Below, in pieces: positions 10,520-20,857 of a DNA stretch of 64,000 nt; the first letter of the stretch is position 1; each line of letters opens with the position of its first letter. The notes under the pieces are model-generated. The model ran no database searches. It saw only the letters and a list, made by a program, of their open reading frames with translations, and was not told where the DNA came from. A program made the translations under genes and the position numbers. Source of the DNA: Candidatus Butyricicoccus stercorigallinarum. Its GTDB lineage: Bacteria > Bacillota > Clostridia > Oscillospirales > Butyricicoccaceae. The stretch is taken from assembly GCA_019112985.1 (NCBI GenBank), contig DXIG01000120.1, forward strand, positions 4,971 through 68,970, written 5' to 3'.

Positions 10520-10523
<4 letters not shown>
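9666..10523 (+). CDS. lgt: Prolipoprotein diacylglyceryl transferase
   Basis: YWYGILI, WHGGLAIYGGLIGG and GRWGNFFNCEAFG signatures. Confidence 0.95.
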
Positions 10524-11377
<854 letters not shown>

Positions 11378-11396
11378 AAAAACTCAAAATTGGGTG

Positions 11397-11425
11397 TTGA
11401 CAGCGGTGCGCGCGTGTGCTACTAT
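11397..11425 (+). promoter_or_regulatory. SigA-type promoter of the rplU-prp-rpmA operon
   Basis: TTGACA, a 17-nt spacer ending TGC (extended -10), then TACTAT. A leader of about 90 nt follows, containing the ATGCC-TTCC-GGCAT hairpin (possible L21-leader-like element, not verified). Confidence 0.7.
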
Positions 11426-11517
11426 ATGTAAAGCCGCGTTGACCGGGTTGGAAAAGTATGCCTTCCGGCATCGCCCGTGAGAGCGTGACTCTATCAAAGA
11501 AAGAGAGGTGCTACCGC

Positions 11518-11829
11518 ATGTACGCAATTTTAGAGACCGGTGGCAAGCAGTACAAGGTATCCGAAGGTGACGTAATCTACGTGGAGAAGCTCGGCGTAGA
11601 GGACGGCGCTTCCGTAACGTTCGACAAGGTCCTGGCAGTTGGCGAGGGCGCAGACCTGAAGGTCGGCGCGCCGTATGTTGAGGGCGCTACCGTTGCTGGC
11701 ACGGCCGAGAAGACCGGCAAGCAGAAGAAGATCATCGTTTACAAGATGAAGCCGAAGAAGGGCTACCGCCGTAAGCAGGGTCACAGACAGCCTTACACCA
11801 AGGTAACCATCGGCGCCATCAACGCGTAA
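11518..11829 (+). CDS. rplU: 50S ribosomal protein L21
   Basis: [25 protein letters not shown]. Confidence 0.97.
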   Translation: MYAILETGGKQYKVSEGDVIYVEKLGVEDGASVTFDKVLAVGEGADLKVGAPYVEGATVAGTAEKTGKQKKIIVYKMKPKKGYRRKQGHRQPYTKVTIGAINA

Positions 11830-11830
11830 G

Positions 11831-12160
11831 ATGACAACCGCCCGTTTTTTTACAACAGGCAGCCGCATTGACGCAGTGGAGGTAACCGGACACGCGGGTT
11901 ACGCGGAGGAAGGCGAGGACATTGTGTGTGCGGCGGTATCTGCGACGCTGGATCTGACAAGCTGCCTGCTGGCCGACGTCATGGGACTGGACATCCGGAC
12001 CGAGATCGACGGGGAGCAGACGCGCATCCGCATCGAACTGCCCAAAACGCTGGGCGAGGCGGAGGAAATCCAGGCGCAGAACGCACTTGACGCCTTGATG
12101 CTGTATTATGTCAACCTCAAGGCGCAATATCAGGATTTTATTGAAGTAATGGAGGTGTAA
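11831..12160 (+). CDS. prp: Ribosomal-processing cysteine protease Prp
   Basis: 109 aa between rplU and rpmA, with GHAGY...IVCAAVS (His/Cys dyad). Confidence 0.85.
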   Translation: MTTARFFTTGSRIDAVEVTGHAGYAEEGEDIVCAAVSATLDLTSCLLADVMGLDIRTEIDGEQTRIRIELPKTLGEAEEIQAQNALDALMLYYVNLKAQYQDFIEVMEV

Positions 12161-12163
12161 GTC

Positions 12164-12448
12164 ATGCTTCAGATCAGCTTACAGTTTTTTGCTCATAAGA
12201 AGGGCGTAGGTTCCACCAAGAACGGCCGCGATTCCGAGTCCAAGAGACTTGGCGTCAAGCGTGCGGACGGTCAGGTTGTACCGGCAGGCAACATTCTGGT
12301 TCGCCAGCGCGGCACCCACATCCATCCGGGTGTGAACGTCGGCATCGGCTCCGATGACACCCTGTTCGCAAAGGTTACCGGCGTCGTTCGCTTCGAGCGT
12401 CTCGGCCGCGACCGCAAGCAGGTTTCTGTTTACGAAATCGAGCAGTAA
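12164..12448 (+). CDS. rpmA: 50S ribosomal protein L27 (with cleavable N-terminal extension)
   Basis: [32 protein letters not shown]. There is a 9-aa extension before AHKKG. Confidence 0.97.
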   Translation: MLQISLQFFAHKKGVGSTKNGRDSESKRLGVKRADGQVVPAGNILVRQRGTHIHPGVNVGIGSDDTLFAKVTGVVRFERLGRDRKQVSVYEIEQ

Positions 12449-12468
12449 GATATTCTTTGATGCGAGAG

Positions 12469-12502
12469 GCACCTCGGACACACCGTCTGAGGTGCTTTTT
12501 TT
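12469..12502 (+). terminator. Terminator/attenuator between rpmA and obg
   Basis: GCACCTC...GAGGTGC followed by TTTTTTT. Confidence 0.6.
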
Positions 12503-12528
12503 CAGAACACGATGGAAAGGAGTTCATA

Positions 12529-13812
12529 ATGCCACAATTTATCGATACCGCCAGAATCTGGATTCGCTCCGGCAAGGGCGGCGACGGCAAGGTGTCGTTC
12601 CACCGCGAAAAATACATTGCCTCCGGCGGACCGGACGGCGGCGACGGCGGCCGGGGCGGCTCGATTGTCTTTCAGGTGGACGACAACCTGTCCACGCTGA
12701 TGGACTTTCGCTATAAAAAGAAGTACAGCGCGCCGGCGGGCGAGCCGGGCGGCAGCAAGCGCTGCTCCGGCAAGGACGGCAAGGATCTGGTGATCCGCGT
12801 GCCGCGCGGCACCATCCTGCGCGACGCCAAGAGCGGGCAGGTCATCAAGGATCTGTCCGACTCGGAGCCGTTCGTCGCGGCGCGCGGCGGCAAGGGCGGC
12901 TGGGGCAACACGCATTTCGCCACCCCGACGCGCCAGGCGCCGCGCTTCGCCAAGCCGGGCCTGCCCGGACAGGAGCTGGAGATCCGCCTGGAGCTGAAGC
13001 TGCTCGCGGACGTCGGACTGGTCGGCTTCCCCAACGTCGGCAAGTCCACGCTGCTGTCGATGGTGTCGGCCGCGCGGCCGAAGATCGCGAACTATCACTT
13101 CACGACGCTGGTGCCCAATCTCGGCGTCGTGTCCATCGGCGAAGGGGAGTCGTTTGTCATGGCGGACATCCCGGGCATCATCGAGGGCGCGTCGGAGGGC
13201 GCCGGTCTGGGACATGCGTTCCTGCGCCACATCGACCGCTGCCGCCTGCTGCTGCACGTCGTCGACGCGGCGGGCAGCGAGGGACGCGACCCGGTCGACG
13301 ATCTGGAAAAGATCAACAGCGAGCTGGGGCAGTATTCCATCGATCTGGAAAAGCGCCCGCAGATCGTCGTCGCCAACAAAACCGACCTGCTGGGCGACGA
13401 CCGCGCGCCGCTGGAGGCGATCCGCGCCTGGGCGGAGGCGCACGGCTTTGCCTATGCGGAGATGTCCGCTGCGACCAATCAGGGCGTGCGCGAGCTGATG
13501 CACCAGACCTGGCACGCGCTCGCAGAGCTGCCGCCCGTGCTCGTCTATGAGCCGGAGTTCATCCCGGAGACGGCGGAAAAGCCGGTCACCGAGGACGACA
13601 TCGAAATCACGAAGGACGGAGACTATTATATCGTCGGCGGCGCGTGGATTGACCGCGTCACCGGCTCGGTCAACTTTGACGATTACGAGTCGCGCCAGTA
13701 TCTCGACCGCCGCCTGCGCGCCGCAGGTGTGTTCGACAAGCTGGAGGCGATGGGCATTCAGGACGGCGACCCGGTCATCCTGGGCGAGATGGAATTTGAA
13801 TACGAGCGCTGA
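12529..13812 (+). CDS. obg: GTPase Obg/CgtA
   Basis: MPQFIDTARIWIRSGKGGDG, Gly-rich Obg fold, GFPNVGKST, and a C-terminal TGS/OCT-like domain. Confidence 0.95.
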   Translation: MPQFIDTARIWIRSGKGGDGKVSFHREKYIASGGPDGGDGGRGGSIVFQVDDNLSTLMDFRYKKKYSAPAGEPGGSKRCSGKDGKDLVIRVPRGTILRDAKSGQVIKDLSDSEPFVAARGGKGGWGNTHFATPTRQAPRFAKPGLPGQELEIRLELKLLADVGLVGFPNVGKSTLLSMVSAARPKIANYHFTTLVPNLGVVSIGEGESFVMADIPGIIEGASEGAGLGHAFLRHIDRCRLLLHVVDAAGSEGRDPVDDLEKINSELGQYSIDLEKRPQIVVANKTDLLGDDRAPLEAIRAWAEAHGFAYAEMSAATNQGVRELMHQTWHALAELPPVLVYEPEFIPETAEKPVTEDDIEITKDGDYYIVGGAWIDRVTGSVNFDDYESRQYLDRRLRAAGVFDKLEAMGIQDGDPVILGEMEFEYER

Positions 13813-13834
13813 CGCGCTGCACAGACAGCGAAAA

Positions 13835-13867
13835 CCACAGGAGCTATGCGCTTCCTGTGGTTTTTTT
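13835..13867. terminator. Terminator shared by convergent obg and tmcAL
   Basis: CCACAGGA...TCCTGTGG followed by TTTTTTT, with an A-run upstream. Confidence 0.65.
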
Positions 13868-13910
13868 GCGCGTATCCGGCGGGATTTAGGCCGGCTCGCG
13901 GCGTCGCCGG

Positions 13911-15089
13911 TCAGCGCGCCGCGTCGTAAAACGGCGTCTGCGTCCAGTCGGTCCCGGCGGGGGCGGGGAAGTGGAACTGATCGTCGGCGGACAGCGTGAG
14001 CGACCACAGGCGGGCGGCGTCACCGGTCAGCGCACGCGCCTGCGCCGGTTTGACGATGACGGGGAGCGCACAGGTCTGCTTCATGGCGCGCAGCACCTCC
14101 CGCCCGCGCGCGTTCATCGCGAGCACGAGGACATAGGCGGGCGGCAGCGCGGCCAGCTCCTGCGTGATGCCGAGATAGGCGCACAGCGCCAGACGGCGCA
14201 CGCGGCTGCGCGGATGGCGGCGCGAGCGCACCCCGTCCCACAGCTCCTCCATGGTCTGCGCGCTGCGGCACGCGCGGTAAAACCGGTTTTCCAGCCCTTC
14301 GGACACGCCAGGCAGCGCGCGGATCTCCTCCGGCGTGATGCGGCGCAGGAAGGGGAGCGCGGCGGGCGCGAGATCGTCCCAGCCGTGCTGGCGCGCGCTT
14401 TGCCCCTGCCGCCGGCAGGCGGACGGCAGCAGAACAAAGGCCTCCTGCTGCTGTCCGGCGCGCAGCAGACGGCGCACATAGGAGGCGGACGGAATGCCGT
14501 CCTGCGGCGCGCCATCGTGCGCCGCGCCGCGGCGGCGCACGGCGACCGGCTGGATCGCGGGACAGCATTGCAGCAGAAACCGGCAGTACTGCACGGCCAG
14601 CAGGTCGTTGGGTGAATTGAGCAGCGACGCCTCCTGCGGGCAGAGTTCCCGCGCGGCCGCGGCTGCGGCGTGGGCGTAGCTGGCGCTGTCCGGCAGCAGG
14701 GCGCGCAGGCGGGCGGCGAACGCATCGGAATTCAGGCAGCCGGCGAGACGCAGCAGCTGTTCCTCCGTCCCCGTCTCACAGCCGAACGAGAGGTGCGTGA
14801 CGCAGCCGAGCGCGCCCGCGAGCAGAACGCCGCTGCGCGCGAAGCCCTCGGCGGAGGACAGCGCCCCGGTGAGCGGCAGCTCGAGCACGAGGTCGGGTCC
14901 GCCCGCCTCCACCGCGCACGCCGCGCGCCGGTATTTGTCCCAGATTGCAGGCTCGCCGCGCTGGACATAGTTGCCGCTCATGAGCGAGACGACGGCGCAG
15001 CCGGGCAGGCGCCGTCGGATTTCGGTGATCTGGTGGGTATGTCCTGCGTGAAATGGATTGTATTCTGTTATGATTGCGCAGATATTCAT
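13911..15089 (-). CDS. tmcAL: tRNA(Met) cytidine acetate ligase (UPF0348/YlbM family nucleotidyltransferase)
   Basis: MNICAIITEYNPFHAGHTHQI, N-terminal HxGH nucleotidyltransferase signature. Confidence 0.8.
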   Translation of the reverse strand: MNICAIITEYNPFHAGHTHQITEIRRRLPGCAVVSLMSGNYVQRGEPAIWDKYRRAACAVEAGGPDLVLELPLTGALSSAEGFARSGVLLAGALGCVTHLSFGCETGTEEQLLRLAGCLNSDAFAARLRALLPDSASYAHAAAAAARELCPQEASLLNSPNDLLAVQYCRFLLQCCPAIQPVAVRRRGAAHDGAPQDGIPSASYVRRLLRAGQQQEAFVLLPSACRRQGQSARQHGWDDLAPAALPFLRRITPEEIRALPGVSEGLENRFYRACRSAQTMEELWDGVRSRRHPRSRVRRLALCAYLGITQELAALPPAYVLVLAMNARGREVLRAMKQTCALPVIVKPAQARALTGDAARLWSLTLSADDQFHFPAPAGTDWTQTPFYDAAR

Positions 15090-15221
15090 AAATCCTCCAC
15101 AAATTTCTGAGGAAAATGGTTGAGAAATTTTATCAAGTGGTGTAGAATAAAAATAATGATAAGTTTATTGTACTATGATGACGATATTCTTGCAATGTTA
15201 TGATAAAGGAGTATGAGAGAA

Positions 15222-16433
15222 ATGAATGTACTGGTAATCAATGCGGGCAGTTCTTCGCTCAAGTATCAGCTCTTTGACATGGACGACAAGGCGGTTCTCG
15301 CCAAGGGTCTGTGTGAGAGAATCGGCATCGACGGCCGGCTGACGCACACGAATCCGAACAAGTCGGAAAAATACTGCGAAAACATCCCGATGAAGGATCA
15401 TGCGGACGCCATCCGCGCCGTCATCAACATCCTCATTGACAAGGACTGGGGCGTCATCGAGTCCATGAAGGAAATCGATGCAGTCGGTCACCGCGTGGTA
15501 CATGGCGGCGAGTATTTTGCCGACTCCGTTCTCATCGATGATTCCGTCATCAAGGCCATTGAGGACTGCATCCCGCTGGCGCCGCTGCACAACACGGCCA
15601 ACCTGATCGGCATCGACGCCTGCAAGGACGTCATGGGCGCCGATATTCCGCAGGTCGCGGTGTTCGATACCGCGTTCCATCAGACCATGGAGCCGGTCGA
15701 TTACATCTATTCCATCCCGTACGACTACTACAAGAAGTACAAGATCCGCCGCTACGGCTTCCACGGCACGTCTCATAAGTATGTTGCAAAGCAGGCCTCC
15801 GAGATGCTCGGCATCCCGCAGGAGCATCTGCGCGTCATCACCTGCCACCTGGGCAACGGTTCTTCCGTAACCGCGGTCAAGGGCGGCAAGTCGGTCGACA
15901 CCTCCATGGGCTTCACCCCGCTGGCCGGCCTGCCGATGGGCACCCGCTCGGGCGATATCGACCCGGCGATCATCAACTTCCTGTGCGAGCACGAGGGCAA
16001 GAGCGCGGAGGAAATCCTTGAGGTCATGAACAAGGAGTCCGGCGTTTACGGCGTTTCCGGCGTCTCCTCCGACTTCCGCGATCTCGACACCGCGATCAAC
16101 GAGGGCAACGAGCGCGCGAAGCTGGCGAAGGACATCTTCATCAACTCGGTCAAGAAGCTGATCGGTTCCTATGTCGCAGAGATGGGCGGCGTCGACGCCG
16201 TCGTATTCACCGCGGGCGTCGGCGAGAACGACCGTTCGGTTCGCTGGGATGTCTGCGAGCACATGGAATACCTCGGCATCAAGATCGATCCGGAGAAGAA
16301 CAAGTACCGCGGCCGTCAGATGGATATCTCCGTCGACTATGCGCGCGTGCGCGTTCTCGTCATCCCGACCAACGAGGAGCTGGTTATCGCGGAAGATACC
16401 AAGCGCCTGGTAGAAGCGGCTGAGGACGAATAA
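15222..16433 (+). CDS. ackA: Acetate kinase
   Basis: MNVLVINAGSSSLKYQLF, GHRVVHGG, YGFHGTSH. Confidence 0.97.
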   Translation: MNVLVINAGSSSLKYQLFDMDDKAVLAKGLCERIGIDGRLTHTNPNKSEKYCENIPMKDHADAIRAVINILIDKDWGVIESMKEIDAVGHRVVHGGEYFADSVLIDDSVIKAIEDCIPLAPLHNTANLIGIDACKDVMGADIPQVAVFDTAFHQTMEPVDYIYSIPYDYYKKYKIRRYGFHGTSHKYVAKQASEMLGIPQEHLRVITCHLGNGSSVTAVKGGKSVDTSMGFTPLAGLPMGTRSGDIDPAIINFLCEHEGKSAEEILEVMNKESGVYGVSGVSSDFRDLDTAINEGNERAKLAKDIFINSVKKLIGSYVAEMGGVDAVVFTAGVGENDRSVRWDVCEHMEYLGIKIDPEKNKYRGRQMDISVDYARVRVLVIPTNEELVIAEDTKRLVEAAEDE

Positions 16434-16452
16434 TCGAAACAAAACACAGATT

Positions 16453-16487
16453 GGGGCAGGAAGCGCGCTTCCTGCCCCTGTTTTGTG
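16453..16487. terminator. Bidirectional terminator between ackA and the DUF378 gene
   Basis: GGGGCAGGAAGC-GC-GCTTCCTGCCCC followed by TGTTTTGTG. Confidence 0.75.
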
Positions 16488-16525
16488 CCTCTGTCCGGTA
16501 TGGGCGGCTTCGGCGCGCCGCGCGG

Positions 16526-16732
16526 TCAGGACTGCTCCGCGCTGCTGCCGGGCAGCTTGGCGTAAAAGGTGAGCGCCCACAGACCCGCAAGGCCGACCAC
16601 GGCGTAGATGATGCGGCTGATCCACGCGCCCTGCCCGCCGAACAGGACGCCGACCACATCCAGCCCGAACAGGCCGATGCAGCCCCAGTTGAGGGCGCCG
16701 ATGACGACGAGCGTCAGAACAAATTTGTCCAT
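16526..16732 (-). CDS. DUF378 family small membrane protein
   Basis: 68 aa, LVVIGALNWGCIGLFGLDVV is the DUF378 signature. Confidence 0.75.
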   Translation of the reverse strand: MDKFVLTLVVIGALNWGCIGLFGLDVVGVLFGGQGAWISRIIYAVVGLAGLWALTFYAKLPGSSAEQS

Positions 16733-16798
16733 ATCAGAAACCTCCTTTTCATGCTGTATCCAGTATGACCGGTTTTTGCGGACTTATGCGCGCGGCAC

Positions 16799-16827
16799 TT
16801 GTGTTTCCCGCCCGCAGGCGGTATAAT
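16799..16827 (+). promoter_or_regulatory. SigA-type promoter upstream of the PHP phosphatase gene
   Basis: TTGTGT, 17-nt spacer, TATAAT. Confidence 0.55.
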
Positions 16828-16863
16828 AAAACATAATTTGCCGCGAGAAATGGAGAATTCGCA

Positions 16864-17739
16864 ATGCTGATCGATTTGCATACCCATACCGCCTATTCCT
16901 ATGACGCCGCCGATTACCCGGTGCGCCGGCACGTGCAGGCGGCGGTGCAGAAGCGCATCGACGTTTTGGGATTTACCGAGCACGTGGACTTTTTCCGGAA
17001 GGAATCGCTTTCCGCGTCCGACTTTTCGCCGGACACGGTGGATTTCGCCGGATACGAGCGGGAGATCGCGCCGTTTCGCCGCGGGCGCGCCATCATGCCG
17101 GATCTGGCGGCGCAGCAGCGGGACATTGCGGCGTGCCGCGCGGCGTTCGACGGGCAGATCGCGCTGCGCATGGGCGTCGAGCTCGGGCAGCCGCACGCCG
17201 CGCCCGCGCTGGCGGACGCGCTGCTGGGCGCGTTTTCGTTCGACTACGTCATCGGCTCGATTCATCAGACGGCGGCGGACATGGACCTGTATTTTTACCG
17301 CTACGAGCAGATCAACCAGGACGAGTTCCTGCACGCCTATTTTGACGAAATGGAGGCGCTCGTGGCATACGGCCGGTTCCACATTCTCGGCCACATCGAT
17401 TATCCGCTGCGCGTGATGAAGCTGCCGCACAACCGCCCGTCGCTGAAGGGCTATCTGGAGCGCGTCGATGTCGTCCTCCAGGCGATCATCGAGCGCGGCA
17501 TCGCGCTGGAATGCAACGCGAAGGGGCTGTTCGGCTGGCAGCAGGCGGTCGGGCCGGAGGACTGCGTGCTCGCCCGCTACCGCGAGCTGGGCGGCGAATA
17601 CATCACGACCGGTTCGGATTCGCACGCGCCGGACAACATCGGCGCGGGCATTGCGCAGGCGCTCGACCGCCTGCGCGCGTTCGGCTTTTCCTATGTCACG
17701 GATTTTCAAAACGGAACGGCAATCCAACACAGACTGTAA
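16864..17739 (+). CDS. PHP-family phosphoesterase (histidinol-phosphatase-like)
   Basis: MLIDLHTHTAYSYDA, FTEHVDF, IGSIH, LGHIDYP, GSDSH metal-ligand pattern. Confidence 0.8.
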   Translation: MLIDLHTHTAYSYDAADYPVRRHVQAAVQKRIDVLGFTEHVDFFRKESLSASDFSPDTVDFAGYEREIAPFRRGRAIMPDLAAQQRDIAACRAAFDGQIALRMGVELGQPHAAPALADALLGAFSFDYVIGSIHQTAADMDLYFYRYEQINQDEFLHAYFDEMEALVAYGRFHILGHIDYPLRVMKLPHNRPSLKGYLERVDVVLQAIIERGIALECNAKGLFGWQQAVGPEDCVLARYRELGGEYITTGSDSHAPDNIGAGIAQALDRLRAFGFSYVTDFQNGTAIQHRL

Positions 17740-17756
17740 CGACGAGGGGGACGGCT

Positions 17757-18635
17757 ATGAGACAGGCATCGACAGAGGCACACGCAAAAATTAACCTGAC
17801 GCTGGACGTCACGGGAAGACGCCCGGACGGCTATCACGACGTCTGCATGGTCATGCAGTCCATCGGTCTGCACGACACGGTGACGGTCTCCACCGGCACG
17901 GGCGCGGGCATCCGTCTGTCTGTGCCGGGCAGCGATCTGCCCGCCGGCAGCGACAATCTGGCCTACCGGGCGGCGGAATGCTTTCTGCGCGAGACCGGGA
18001 CGGCGTGCGACGGCATTTCCATCGTCATCGAGAAGCGCATTCCGGTGGCGGCGGGACTGGCAGGCGGCAGCACGGACGCCGCCGCTGTGCTGGTGCTGCT
18101 CGACGCGCTGTATGAGACTGGGCTGGGCGAACAGCGGCTGATGGAGATCGGCCTGAAGCTGGGCGCGGACGTCCCGTTCTGCATCGCCGGCGGCACGATG
18201 CTGGCGGAGGGCATCGGCGAGCGGCTGACGCGCCTGCCGGACGCGCCGCAGACGCACGTCGTGCTGTGCAAGCCGCCGATCGCGGTGTCCACGCCCGCGG
18301 TCTACCGCGCGATAGACGCCGCGGAAATCGCCGTGCGCCCGGACACACAGGCGATGTGCGCGGCGCTTGCCGCCGGGGACGGCGCGCGCGTGGCGCAGCT
18401 GCTGTGCAACGTCATGCAGCCGGTGACGGCGGGCATGCACCCGGTGGTGAACGATATCTGCGGCGAGCTGCGCGCCTGCGGCGCGTCCGGCGCGATCATG
18501 AGCGGCTCGGGACCGTCGAATTTCGGCCTGTTTGACCGGTTGGCGGACGCGCAGGCGGCGTGCCGCGCGCTGGCGGCGCGCTACCCGGAGACATATCTGA
18601 CGGATTTTTGTACGGCGGCGCAGGTTAAACTCTGA
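17757..18635 (+). CDS. ispE: 4-diphosphocytidyl-2-C-methyl-D-erythritol kinase
   Basis: Start MRQASTEAHAKINLTLDV, PVAAGLAGGSTDAAAV GHMP kinase motif. Confidence 0.93.
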   Translation: MRQASTEAHAKINLTLDVTGRRPDGYHDVCMVMQSIGLHDTVTVSTGTGAGIRLSVPGSDLPAGSDNLAYRAAECFLRETGTACDGISIVIEKRIPVAAGLAGGSTDAAAVLVLLDALYETGLGEQRLMEIGLKLGADVPFCIAGGTMLAEGIGERLTRLPDAPQTHVVLCKPPIAVSTPAVYRAIDAAEIAVRPDTQAMCAALAAGDGARVAQLLCNVMQPVTAGMHPVVNDICGELRACGASGAIMSGSGPSNFGLFDRLADAQAACRALAARYPETYLTDFCTAAQVKL

Positions 18636-18686
18636 CGCTACGGGCGATACTTTGGATATCTCGGATATCGAAAGGAAGCGGAACGT

Positions 18687-19289
18687 ATGAAAATCAACCA
18701 GGCGCGCCGCGCGCGCTTTGAACTGGCCATTGCGCTGACGCTGTTTTTCGCACTGTGCTACGCGGCGGGGTGCGACCGCGCCCAGCAGGCGCTGGCGGAC
18801 GACATCCTGCGCCTGCGCGTGGTCGCCCATTCGGACACGGCGGACGATCAGGCGGTCAAGCTGCGCGTGCGCGACGGCGTGCTCGCGTGCCTCCAGCCGC
18901 TGGCGCAGCGGGCGGAGAGCAGGGAAGAGATGCAGGCGCTGGTGCGCGCGCACATGCAGGAGATCGCCAATGCCGCCCAGCGGGCGGTGTACGACGCCGG
19001 GCACCGCGAGCGCATCACCGCCTGTCTGGCGGAGGAATGGTATCCGACGCGCACGTATGACACGTTTTCCCTGCCCGCCGGGCGCTACGAAGGATTGCAG
19101 ATCCGCATCGGGCAGTCGGAGGGGCACAACTGGTGGTGCGTGTGCTATCCGTCGCTGTGTCTGGACGCGGCGGGCGAGCAGGCGCTGAGCGGGGAGGAAC
19201 AGGCGCTGATCCAGCGGGACGGCGCGCGGTACGAAATCCGCTTCCGCACGGCGGAGCTGCTGGGAAACCTGCGCGGCCTGCTGCAATAA
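18687..19289 (+). CDS. spoIIR: Stage II sporulation protein R
   Basis: LRLRVVAHSDTADDQAVKLRVRD and GHNWWCVCYPSLC signatures. Confidence 0.9.
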   Translation: MKINQARRARFELAIALTLFFALCYAAGCDRAQQALADDILRLRVVAHSDTADDQAVKLRVRDGVLACLQPLAQRAESREEMQALVRAHMQEIANAAQRAVYDAGHRERITACLAEEWYPTRTYDTFSLPAGRYEGLQIRIGQSEGHNWWCVCYPSLCLDAAGEQALSGEEQALIQRDGARYEIRFRTAELLGNLRGLLQ

Positions 19290-19303
19290 ATCGGGAAAGG
19301 AAC

Positions 19304-20764
19304 ATGCTTATGTCAGAGCAATACCCTGCGGCGAGGCAGCCGTACCTGCGGCGGCATCTGCCGCAATGGATTGTGATTTTGTTTGTCGCGCAGCCGGTCA
19401 TGGATGTGCTGTCCTATTGGCTGGATGTGTGGGGCTGGGGAAACACCGTTTCCCTGCTGCTGCGCTTTCTGGTGCTCGCCGGCACGACTTTGCTGGGCTT
19501 CGGGCTGAGCCGGAACAAAAAAGCGTATCTGCTGCTGTGCGCGGCGCTCGCGCTGCTCGCGGCGGGGCATATCTGGGCGTGCGCGGCGGTGGGTTATGCC
19601 GATCCGATCTATGACCTGACCAATTTCGTCCGCGTGGCACAGATCCCGCTGTTTGTGTTTTGCTTTGTCACCTTCCTGCGCGAGAGCGGGGAGGCGGGCT
19701 ACCGCGCGGTGGAGCGCGGCTTTGCCGCCAATTTTGCGTTGATCGTCGCGGTGGAGCTGCTCAGCGCGGCGACGGGAACCAATCCCTATACATATGCCGA
19801 TAAGGAGATCGGTCTGCTCGGCTGGTTTAACATTCCCAGCCCCCAGAGCGCCATCCTGTCCGCGCTGGTTCCGGTGTTTCTGATGCTGGTCATCCGGCGC
19901 AGGCGCGCGCTGTGGACGGCGGCGGCCGTGACGGTGTCGTTCGGCGTGCTCTACCTGTTTTCGACGCGCCTGACGTATTTTGCCATTTTTGTCTGCGCGG
20001 CGGGACTGATTCTCGTCCTGCTTTTGAGCCGCCGCTGGGACAGCCGCACGGCGGTCGTGCTGCTGGCGGGCGCGGTGATCTGTGGCGCGGGCTTTTTCGT
20101 CTCGCCGATGTACCGCAATCAGGCGGAGCATCAGGAGATCGTGCGCGAAAAACAGCAGCGCGCGGACGAGCTGATCGCACAGGCGGAGGCGGAATACGGC
20201 ACGACGGCGGAGCAGTCGCCGGAGCTCTGCCTGCTCCCGGTGTACGAGGAGCATCTGGGCGGTCTGGTCGACCGCTTCGGCGCGCAGCGCGTCATGCAGG
20301 AATACGACTACTCGCGCGATGCGGAGCGGCTGTCCGGCTGGCGGGAGATGAAGATCACATATTGCAGGCTGCTGATGCAGGACACCGGCTGGCCCGCCGT
20401 GCTGTTCGGCATGGAGCTGTCCGACATGGTGTGGGACGGCGAGACCTATGACGTGGAGAATGATTTTCACGGCGTCTTTTTCCTGTACGGAGCGGCGGGA
20501 CTGGCGGCATTTGTGCTGTTTCTGCTGTATTTCGCGTGGCTGATTGTGAGCGCCATGGCGCGCGATTTCTCCCGGTATGTTACGCTGGAGGCGGGCGCGT
20601 TCGGCATCTCGCTGTGTCTGCTGCTGGTGCATGTCTACTGCACGGCGGGCGTGCTGCGCCGGCCGAACGCCTCGTTCTATCTGTCCGTCGTGCTGGCGGT
20701 GATCTATTATTTTGTCAAAATCAGGCGGTATGACGCGCCGCAGGCGCAAAGGCGGTCTGCTTGA
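19304..20764 (+). CDS. O-antigen ligase/polymerase-like (Wzy_C) polytopic membrane protein, paralog 1
   Basis: Start at ATG 19304 after GGAAAGGAA. Multi-TM with an ENDFHGVFFLYGAAG Wzy_C-like loop. About 45 percent similar by eye to the next gene. Confidence 0.7.
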   Translation: MLMSEQYPAARQPYLRRHLPQWIVILFVAQPVMDVLSYWLDVWGWGNTVSLLLRFLVLAGTTLLGFGLSRNKKAYLLLCAALALLAAGHIWACAAVGYADPIYDLTNFVRVAQIPLFVFCFVTFLRESGEAGYRAVERGFAANFALIVAVELLSAATGTNPYTYADKEIGLLGWFNIPSPQSAILSALVPVFLMLVIRRRRALWTAAAVTVSFGVLYLFSTRLTYFAIFVCAAGLILVLLLSRRWDSRTAVVLLAGAVICGAGFFVSPMYRNQAEHQEIVREKQQRADELIAQAEAEYGTTAEQSPELCLLPVYEEHLGGLVDRFGAQRVMQEYDYSRDAERLSGWREMKITYCRLLMQDTGWPAVLFGMELSDMVWDGETYDVENDFHGVFFLYGAAGLAAFVLFLLYFAWLIVSAMARDFSRYVTLEAGAFGISLCLLLVHVYCTAGVLRRPNASFYLSVVLAVIYYFVKIRRYDAPQAQRRSA

Positions 20765-20789
20765 CAGAGGTTCTGTGGGACGGTATAAT
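20761..20789 (+). promoter_or_regulatory. Consensus SigA promoter for paralog 2
   Basis: TTGACA (overlaps the stop of paralog 1), 17-nt spacer, TATAAT. Confidence 0.7.
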
Positions 20790-20857
20790 AGGTTCCATTC
20801 CATGAACCTGTGCTCCGCATGACAGGGCAAACAGAGAAAGGAAAAAAGAGGAAGCTT

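Noticed and set aside
18654-18669. Tandem GGATATC-TC-GGATATC just upstream of the spoIIR start, and a GGCGATACTT SigF -10-like box at 18643-18652.
   Set aside because: Too short to tell apart from chance. I could not place a convincing -35 box (it would lie inside ispE), so no promoter call is made.
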